Assembly: GCA_965204735.1 (NCBI GenBank)
Contig: OZ242008.1
Coordinates: forward strand, 1,472,001 to 1,536,000
Reading direction: 5' to 3'
DNA length: 64,000 nt
From: Longimicrobiales bacterium
Lineage (GTDB): Bacteria > Gemmatimonadota > Gemmatimonadetes > Longimicrobiales > Gaopeijiaceae
The notes below the pieces were generated by a model. That model was not told the origin of the DNA. It made no database searches and saw only the letters and a list, made by a program, of their open reading frames with translations. Positions 53,229-61,200 of the stretch are shown here, piece by piece; positions within the stretch are counted from its first letter, which is position 1, and every line of letters starts with the position of its first letter. The position numbers and the translations under genes are program-made.

Positions 53229-55985
53229 ATGAAGGTCTCGTACCGCTGGCTTCGGGAGCTGGCGCCGGGGATCGGCCTCTCGCCGGAAGAGGCGGTCGAG
53301 CGCTTGGCGCTGCGGGGCGCGCCCGTGGAGGAGGTGGTGGACCTCTCGGCGGGCCTGGGCGACGTGACGATCGGCCAAGTGCTGGAGGCCGCTCCCCATC
53401 CTGGGGCCGACCGCCTGACGCTCTGCCGGGTCGCGGGGCCGGCCGGCGAGGTGCCGGTGGTGTGCGGCGCGCCCGATGTGCGCGCCGGCGCCTTCTACCC
53501 CTTCGCCCCCGTGGGCTCGACGCTGCCCGGCGGCTTCAAGATCGGCCGGCGCAAGATCCGAGGAGAGCGCAGCGAAGGCATGCTGTGCTCCGAGAGAGAG
53601 CTGGGGCTGGGCGCCGACCACGCCGGGATCATGCTGCTGGACGGCGACTTCGACCCCGGCGCGCCCTTCGTGGAGGCGGTGGGGCTGAACGACTTCCGCT
53701 TCGACGTGGAGGTCACGCCCAACCGGGGCGACCTGCTCTCGCACGTCGGCGTCGCCAGGGAGCTTCACCCCCATGGGCAAGCCGCCATTGCGCTGCCCCC
53801 GTTCCCCGCTTCCGACCCGGGCGCCGGCGGAAACGCCCACTCCCACGCCCGGCCGGGCCTCGATGCGCCGGAGCGCGGCGGCGGGGCGGACGCCGGCGGA
53901 AACGCGCACGCCCACGCCCGGCCTCTCTCCAGCGGTCCCATGGACCCAGACACAGGCACGGCGTCCTTCGCCCGGGGCGGTGCCGAAGCCGAGTCGGCCG
54001 GCGTCGCCGTCGCGATCGAGGAGCCGGAACTCTGTCCCCGCTACCTGGGCGCGGTGATTCGTGGAGTCTCGGTCGGCCCGTCGCCCCTCTGGTTGGCGAA
54101 CCGGCTGCGGGCCGTGGGCGCCCGCCCCGTGAACAACGTCGTGGACGCCACCAACTACGCGATGCTGGAGCTGGGCCAGCCCCTTCACGCCTTCGACCTG
54201 GCCAAGCTGGAGGGCTCGGCGGTGGTCGTGGGGAAGGCCCGGCCGGGCGAGTCCCTGGTCACCCTGGACGGCGAGAACCGCGCCCTCTCGCCCGAGATGC
54301 TGACGATCCGCGACGCCGCGAGTCCGGTGGCCGTGGCGGGCGTGATGGGCGGCGCCGCCTCGGAAGTCTCGACCGGAACCGCCGACGTGCTGCTGGAGTG
54401 CGCCCTCTTCGAGCCCCGGCAGGTAAGGGCCGCTCGCCGAGCCCTGGGAATGTCCACCGACGCCAGCTACCGCTTCGAGCGGGGCGTCGATCCGGAGACG
54501 ATGGAGACCGCCGTGCACCGGGCCGCCTCCCTGATCGCGGCGGTGGCCGGCGGCGCCCTGTGCGGCCAGGTGATCGACGCCTGTCCGTCGCCGTGGAAGC
54601 CCCCCGTCGTGGAGCTCCGCCCATCTCGCGTGCGCCGGGTCCTGGGGGTCGGCTTCCAGCCGGACGAGATCGCCGGCCTGCTGACGCCTTTGGGCTACGC
54701 CATGGCCGAAGGGGACGGGGCGGACACCCGGGACCGGGCGGCCGACGCTCCGGCCGACCGCGCGACAGTCGGCGACGCTCCGGCCGACCGCGTGACCGCC
54801 GGCGACGCTCTAGACGACCGCGCGACAGTCGGCGACGCTCCGGCGACCGGCGAGGAGGGTGCGCTCCGCTTCCGCGTGCCGGGCCACAGAAGCTGGGACA
54901 CGCTTCGCGAGATCGACCTGATCGAGGAAGTCGCCCGCACCCACGGCTACGACGCCTTCCCCGAGACCCTGGGTCCTTATCGACCCGGAACGGTCCCCGA
55001 CCACCCCCTCTTTCGTCTGGAGGACGCGCTGCGCTCGGCGCTCGTCGCCGACGGGATCAGCGAGGCCCAGACCCCGGCCCTCTCTCCCGTGGCCCACGGC
55101 GACGTGACCGTGCTCAACCCCGTCTCGGATCAGGAGAGCCGACTGCGCCGGGACCTGCTCTCCGGCCTGCTCCGCCACGTGGAGCGCAACATGGCCCGGG
55201 GAACGGGCGACGTGCGGCTCTTCGAGCTGGGCACGGCGTTCGCGCCGCCCGAGCCTCGGCCGCGGCGCGCACGCGCCAGTGCCGGCGTCGCCGTCGCCGA
55301 CTCCGGCAAGGCGGCTTCTGCCTCCGCCCCCCGGGAGACGACCCGGGCCGCGGTCGTGCTTGCGGGCCGCCGGGCGCCGGTCCACTGGTCGGGCGACGGA
55401 GAGCGCTTCGGGGTGCACGACGCGGCCCGCGTGCTGGCGCTGATCGCCCGGGAGGCGCACCCTGCCGCCCAGGCGGCGCCCGCCGACGGCGAGGACTCGC
55501 GCTTCGTCACGGGGCGTTGGTACCGGCTGGTGGACGAGGGCGGCCAAGTGGTGGGCGCCGGCGGCGAACTCCGCCCCGCCAACGTGGACCTCCCCCCCTG
55601 GGCCGGCGTGGTGGTGGGCGCCGAAGTCGTTCTTCCCGAGGCGCCCGCGCCCCGCCCGGACGCGACCGCCAAGCCGCTGCCCGACCAGCCTTCCTCGACC
55701 CGGGACGTGGCCATGCTGGTCCCGCGCCGCACGCCGGCCGGCGTCGTGCTGGAGGCGGTTCGGGGCGCGAAGGCGGCCGTGCTCGAGGACGCCGAGATAT
55801 TCGACGTCTACGAAGGCGGCGACCTGCCGGCGGGAAGCCGCTCCGTGGCGTTTCGCTTGCGCTTCCGAGCTTCGGACCGAACCCTCACGGAGGCGGAAGT
55901 GGACCGGGCGTTGCGCCGAGTGCTTCGCAAGGTGAAGGAGGAAACGGGTGTCGAGCCAAGGGTCGTCCAGCCAGACGGCGGCTAG
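53229..55985 (+). CDS. pheT: Phenylalanine--tRNA ligase beta subunit with repeat insertions
   Basis: 'HPGADRL', 'SEGMLCS', 'TPNRGDLLS', 'NNVVDATNY', 'SYRFERG', 'DLIEEVAR', FDX-ACB tail; insertions at ~53815-53945 and ~54733-54850. Confidence 0.96.
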   Translation: MKVSYRWLRELAPGIGLSPEEAVERLALRGAPVEEVVDLSAGLGDVTIGQVLEAAPHPGADRLTLCRVAGPAGEVPVVCGAPDVRAGAFYPFAPVGSTLPGGFKIGRRKIRGERSEGMLCSERELGLGADHAGIMLLDGDFDPGAPFVEAVGLNDFRFDVEVTPNRGDLLSHVGVARELHPHGQAAIALPPFPASDPGAGGNAHSHARPGLDAPERGGGADAGGNAHAHARPLSSGPMDPDTGTASFARGGAEAESAGVAVAIEEPELCPRYLGAVIRGVSVGPSPLWLANRLRAVGARPVNNVVDATNYAMLELGQPLHAFDLAKLEGSAVVVGKARPGESLVTLDGENRALSPEMLTIRDAASPVAVAGVMGGAASEVSTGTADVLLECALFEPRQVRAARRALGMSTDASYRFERGVDPETMETAVHRAASLIAAVAGGALCGQVIDACPSPWKPPVVELRPSRVRRVLGVGFQPDEIAGLLTPLGYAMAEGDGADTRDRAADAPADRATVGDAPADRVTAGDALDDRATVGDAPATGEEGALRFRVPGHRSWDTLREIDLIEEVARTHGYDAFPETLGPYRPGTVPDHPLFRLEDALRSALVADGISEAQTPALSPVAHGDVTVLNPVSDQESRLRRDLLSGLLRHVERNMARGTGDVRLFELGTAFAPPEPRPRRARASAGVAVADSGKAASASAPRETTRAAVVLAGRRAPVHWSGDGERFGVHDAARVLALIAREAHPAAQAAPADGEDSRFVTGRWYRLVDEGGQVVGAGGELRPANVDLPPWAGVVVGAEVVLPEAPAPRPDATAKPLPDQPSSTRDVAMLVPRRTPAGVVLEAVRGAKAAVLEDAEIFDVYEGGDLPAGSRSVAFRLRFRASDRTLTEAEVDRALRRVLRKVKEETGVEPRVVQPDGG

Positions 55986-56364
55986 CCGGGAGTCGCCCGG
56001 CCCAGGGTCGCCCGGCCGAGGATCGGCCAGCCCGGAGTCCTCCGGCCCAAGGTCCTCGAGCTGGTCGTCCGACGAGTCGGCGGCCCGCGTGCCGGAGATG
56101 CGCGCTTTGGAGCTGGCCGTCGGCAGAGTCGTGGCCGAGGTGCGCGGCCTTCGCCGAAGGGCCAAGGAGGCGGAGGAGCGGGCGGAACGGATCGACGAGC
56201 TTCTCCGGGAGTTCTCGGAAGGCAGCGAGGACCCCGGCACCCTGGCGCGGAAGGTGGCGAAGCTGGAAGGCGAGAACGAAGCGCTCCGGGCCCGGATACG
56301 CCGAGGCCGGGAGGGGATCGATCGGATCATGGCCAGAATTCGCTTTCTGGAGGACCGGCGATGA
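55948..56364 (+). CDS. Coiled-coil protein, ZapB-like
   Basis: Heptad coiled coil between pheT and zapA; start uncertain (ATG 56098 possible). Confidence 0.6.
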   Translation: MSSQGSSSQTAASRESPGPGSPGRGSASPESSGPRSSSWSSDESAARVPEMRALELAVGRVVAEVRGLRRRAKEAEERAERIDELLREFSEGSEDPGTLARKVAKLEGENEALRARIRRGREGIDRIMARIRFLEDRR

Positions 56365-56642
56365 GCGGGCGAGACGAAGGCCGGACGGCGGTGCGCGTGG
56401 AGATCGCAGGAGAGGAGTACACGATCCGCAGCGACGCCGACGAGGAGTACACCCGACGTTGCGCCGCTCTGGTGGACGAGCGGATGCGTCGCTTCGACGG
56501 CGCCCCCGTCGCCGTCGCCCAGAAGCGGGTCGCGATCTTGGCGGCGCTGTCGATCGCCAGCGACCTCTTCCAGCACCAAGCCCAAGTCGAGGAACGGACG
56601 CGCGCCCAGGCCAAGCGCCTGGAGGAAGCCCTGGAGGAGTGA
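56361..56642 (+). CDS. zapA: Cell division protein ZapA
   Basis: 'V.VEIAGEEYTI...EEY...A..VDERM...AILAALSIA.DL'. Confidence 0.88.
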   Translation: MSGRDEGRTAVRVEIAGEEYTIRSDADEEYTRRCAALVDERMRRFDGAPVAVAQKRVAILAALSIASDLFQHQAQVEERTRAQAKRLEEALEE

Positions 56643-56645
56643 TCC

Positions 56646-57962
56646 GTGGCGAACCGAAACCCCTTCTCCCGCGACGCCGGACCGCGACTCACCCGGCGGG
56701 GCTGGCTGGCGACCGCGCCTGGAGCGGCCGTCGCCGGCTTGGCGATGACCCGGCTGGACGCGACCACCAATCGGCCGCAAGAGGCGTCCCCGGCGGCCGG
56801 GCGCGACGGGTCCGCTTCCGACCCGGCAAGGCCCGACCCCACCAAAGTTCCGGGGCGCTTCGTCTCCGAGGTGGGCGCCCGGGCGCCCGGCGAGCAGCCT
56901 CGCCGCCTGATCCGCGCCCAGGCGCTCTCCAGCTCCTCCCGCACGCCGATCCACGAGCTGGAGGGCACGATCACGCCGGCGGACCTGCACTTCGAGCGCC
57001 ACCACGCAGGCGTGCCCGAGATCGCGTCCGAGGACCACGAGCTGCTCGTGCACGGGATGGTCGAGCGTCCCATGGTCTTCCGCATGGCCGACCTGAAGCG
57101 GTACCCGCAGGCGTCGCGCATCTGCTTCGTCGAGTGCTCCGGCAACGGGGGCGGAGCCTACCGCCCGGACCGAATCCCCACCCGGATCACCGCCCAGCAG
57201 CTCGACGGACTGATCAGCACCAGCGAGTGGACCGGCGTCATGCTCTCCACGATCCTTCGCGAGGTGGGCGTCCGTCCGGGCGCGAGCTGGCTCCTGGCCG
57301 AGGGCGGAGACGCCGCCGTGATGGGGCGCAGCGTGCCGCTGGAGAAGGCGATGGACGACGCCATGCTCGCCTACGGCCAGAACGGCGAGGCGATCCGTCC
57401 CGAGCAGGGCTACCCGGTGCGGCTCCTGCTGCCCGGCTGGGAAGGCAACGCCCAGGTCAAGTGGCTGCGGCGGATCGAACTCTCGGACCGGCCCACGATG
57501 ACCCGCGACGAGACCTCGCGCTACACCGACCCCCTCAAGGACGGCACCGCCCGCCAGTTCAGCTTCGTGATGGACGCCAAGTCGGTGATCACCTTCCCGT
57601 CGTACCCCTACGTCCTGCCCGAGCGCGGCTGGTGGGAGATCTCGGGACTGGCGTGGACGGGCCGGGGGCGCGTGACCCGGGTCGACGTAAGCACCGACGG
57701 CGGGCGCTCGTGGACCCCGGCGCAGATGCAGGGGCCGGCGCTGCCCAAGTCCACCGTGCGCTTCCGCCATCTTTGGCGCTGGGACGGCCGCGAGACCGTG
57801 ATCCTCAGCCGCGCCACCGACGAGACCGGCTACGTCCAGCCCACCGTCCAGCAGCTCTGGCAGGCCCGGGGCGAAGGCACCGCCTATCACCACAACCACC
57901 AGCGCGCCTGGAAGGTCGCCGCCGACGGAACCGTCACCTTCGGTCTGGGAGAGTTGGTGTGA
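56646..57962 (+). CDS. soxC: Sulfite dehydrogenase / SoxC-like molybdopterin oxidoreductase, Tat-exported
   Basis: Tat motif 'TRRGWL'; 'LHFERHH.G.P', 'ECSGN', 'PEQGYPVRLLLPGWEG...KW', 'ATDETGYVQP'. Confidence 0.88.
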   Translation: MANRNPFSRDAGPRLTRRGWLATAPGAAVAGLAMTRLDATTNRPQEASPAAGRDGSASDPARPDPTKVPGRFVSEVGARAPGEQPRRLIRAQALSSSSRTPIHELEGTITPADLHFERHHAGVPEIASEDHELLVHGMVERPMVFRMADLKRYPQASRICFVECSGNGGGAYRPDRIPTRITAQQLDGLISTSEWTGVMLSTILREVGVRPGASWLLAEGGDAAVMGRSVPLEKAMDDAMLAYGQNGEAIRPEQGYPVRLLLPGWEGNAQVKWLRRIELSDRPTMTRDETSRYTDPLKDGTARQFSFVMDAKSVITFPSYPYVLPERGWWEISGLAWTGRGRVTRVDVSTDGGRSWTPAQMQGPALPKSTVRFRHLWRWDGRETVILSRATDETGYVQPTVQQLWQARGEGTAYHHNHQRAWKVAADGTVTFGLGELV

Positions 57963-57992
57963 GGGACCGTGGGCCGTCGCCGGAGCCTTGAC

Positions 57993-58020
57993 TTGACACC
58001 ACCAGAATTCATTGTAGCGT
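57993..58020 (+). promoter_or_regulatory. Sigma70-type promoter for the giant surface protein
   Basis: TTGACA-16 bp-TAGCGT. Confidence 0.55.
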
Positions 58021-58077
58021 GAGGTCGCACTCGTCGTCCGAACCCTCCACCTCGCAGCAGGTCGCGTTCACATGTTG

Positions 58078-58093
58078 CCCCCCCCCCCCCCCC
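58078..58093 (+). repeat. Poly-C16 homopolymer (candidate slipped-strand switch)
   Basis: ATG TTG (58072) followed by 16 C. Confidence 0.9.
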
Positions 58094-58207
58094 TTCCTGA
58101 TGGCGGGCTGGCCCGAGCGTTCCAGGCTTGAGCCTGTACTGCTCCGTCGTGAACATCGCGATCCCTCCCCCTGTGGCCGGCTGGCCCGAGCGTTCTGGGC
58201 TCGTGCG

Positions 58208-61200
58208 ATGCCGGTAGCGCGAACCGCGCTGGCGGCGGTCGGCCTGCTGGCGGCGGTCGGGACCACGGCGCCGGCGCCGCTGAGTGCCCAAACCACCGTA
58301 ACGGTCGACAGTTTGAGGATGCTCAGTTCGGCGGGGAATGACAGCACCTACGTGCAGGGCGACACGATCCGCGTGGGGGTGTACTACAGCAGCAACACAG
58401 ACGTCAACAGCATACCCTCGCGGCTTTACCTGAAGATCGGGACGGAGACCAGAACGGCGCTGTGGACCGGCCCCTCGGATGGCTGCGATTGCGGGAGCGG
58501 CGGGGCTACTTGGTTCAGGTTTCGGTACGTTGTGCAGCCGGAGGATGTCGACGCGGACGGAATCACTACCGATTCGTTGGGGGCTTACGACATAACCGCT
58601 GCGGACGGTACCGCAATCAACGGGTCCTTGACCGGCGTCGCGATCACGAACGCTGCGGCGCACAAGGTGGACGGCGCGTTGGGGTATCCGAAGGTGACGG
58701 GGGTGACGATATCGAGCAGCGCGGGCGCCGACAACACGTACAATGTTGACGACACGATAGCGGTGACGGTGGCGTTCGACTCGACGGTGGCGGTGACGGG
58801 CACGCCGCAGCTGGCCTTGGGGATCGGGAGCGCGACGCGGCAGGCGAACTACGCGAGCGGCACGGGATCGACGGCGCTGGTGTTCCGGTACGTGGTGGTG
58901 GTGGGGGACGAGGACACGGACGGGATCAGCATCGGCGCGAACGCGCTGACGCTGAACGGCGGCACGATCAGGCTCGGCACGAAGAACGCGGTCCTGAGCA
59001 GCTTGGCCAGCCACGCGATCACGAACGCCGCGGCGCACAAGGTGGACACCCCGCCGGCGGTGACGGACGTCGTGTTCCCGAATTCTCCGGCAGAGGGAGA
59101 TTCGCTTTGGCGCAGGCTCGAACATATGCGAGTTTCGGTCCATTTCACGAAGTCGGTTTGGGTCACGGGCTCGCCGCGGCTGGCCCTGACGATCGGCGCG
59201 AACACCCGGCAGGCGAGCTACCAGTCGGGCAGCGGATCGGATTCCCTGGTGTTCTCCTACCGGATCGAGGACACGGACGAGGACACGACCGGCGTGAGCA
59301 TTGGGGCGAGCGCGCTGACGCTGAACAGCGGGACGATCAAGGCCTCGAGCGACTCGACGGACGCCGCCTTGTCGCTTGGCTCGCACGCCGTCAGCAACGC
59401 CGCGGCCCACAAGGTGGACGGCATCACGCGCTTCGCTGGCCCAGTAGTCTTTGTGACCAACCCGGGTGCTGATTCGACGTTCGCCTTCGGCGACCAAATC
59501 ATCATAGACATCTACTTCAACAACCTCATCAACTCGCCTGGGGCAGGTGCTGTAACGCTTAACGTCCAGATCGGCACGAGGACGGTACCCTTCGCTTATA
59601 CTGGCGTCGCCCCGAATTATTTGTCGTTCACGCACTACGTTACGACCGACGACATCGACGCGGATGGCCTCAGCCTTCCCGAGAACGCGTTGAGCGGCAG
59701 CGTAAGTGGTGGGGGCAGGGCTGCGGTCACCGGGCTTCGTGGGCATGCCATCACGAACGACCCCACCAGGAAGGTCAATGGCCTGCTGGGCTTGCCGGAT
59801 GTTCAGCGAACGTCGATCACCAGCGACGCGGGCACGGACAGCACGTACGTGCGGGGCGACGTGATCGAGATCGGGGTGGTCTTCGACGAGAACGTGACGG
59901 TGACGGGCACGCCGCAGCTGGCGTTGACGATCGGCGCGAACACGCGGCAGGCGAGATACATCTCCGGCAGCGGGGGGGATTCGCTGACGTTCCGCTACGC
60001 CACGCTGACGACGGACGCGGACGCCGACGGGATCAGCTATTCGGCGAACGCGCTGACTCTGAACGGGGGAACGATCAAGGGGACGGTCGTGTATGGGGAC
60101 ACCACGCGGAACGCGCACCTGGGCTTGAAGACCCATGTCGTCGCCAACGGGGCGGCGCACAAGGTGGACGGTTCGCAGGGCCCCCCGGTAGTGGTGGGCG
60201 TGGCGATCGCGAGCGACGCGGGGGCGGACAGCGCCTACGTCGTGGGCGACACGATCGAGGTCGACGTGGTGTTCGTCGAGAACGTGGACGTGACGGGGAC
60301 GCCGCAGCTGGCGCTGACGATCGGTTCGCAGGCGCGACAGGCGAGCTACGCGTCGGGGACGGGCGGCGATTCGCTGACGTTCCGCTACGTGGCAGTGGCG
60401 GGAGACATCGACACGGACGGGCTGAGCATCGGCGAGAGCGCGCTGACGCTGAACAGCGGTACGATCAGGCGGGCGGGCAGCACGACGGTGGACGCGAGCT
60501 TGGGATTGAGCATCTACACGGTGACGAACGCGGCGGCGCACAAGGTGCTGGCCGTGCAGGGGTTGCCGCACGTGACGGGCACGGCGATCACGAGCGATCC
60601 GGGGACGGACAGCACCTACGCGGCCGGCGACACGATCGAGGTGGCCGTGGTGTTCAACGAGAACGTGAACGTGACGGGCACGCCGCAGCTGGCGTTGGAG
60701 ATCGGCGCGGCGACGAGGCAGGCGAGCTACGTGTCGGGGACCGGCGGGGATTCGCTGACGTTCCGCTACGTCACGGTGGCGGCGGACACGGACACGACCG
60801 GGATCAGCTATTCGGTGGACGCGCTGACGCTGAACGGCGGTACGATCAGGCGGGTGGCCACGGTGTTGGACGCGGTCGTCAGCTTGCTGACCCATGTGGT
60901 CACCAACGACGCGGCGCACCAGGTGCGTCCCACGAGCAACAAGGTGACGGGGTTGTCGGTCAACTCGGCGGGTCCGGACTCGACGTTCGTCAGGGGCGAC
61001 ACGATGAAGGTGACGCTGGCTTTCAGGGAGACGACGGTCGTGACGGGCGTGCCGCGGATAAGGATGTGGCTGGGCGCCACGTCCAGGTGGGCGACCTACC
61101 ACTCGGGGTCGGGCACGAGCGAGTTGGAGTTCCGCTACGTGGTGGAGGTGGCGATCAACGACGGCACCGGTGTTGGGATACTCGCCGACGCCGTCGACCT

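Noticed and set aside
56642..56646. 6S RNA expected after zapA
   Set aside because: Only 3 bp separate zapA and soxC
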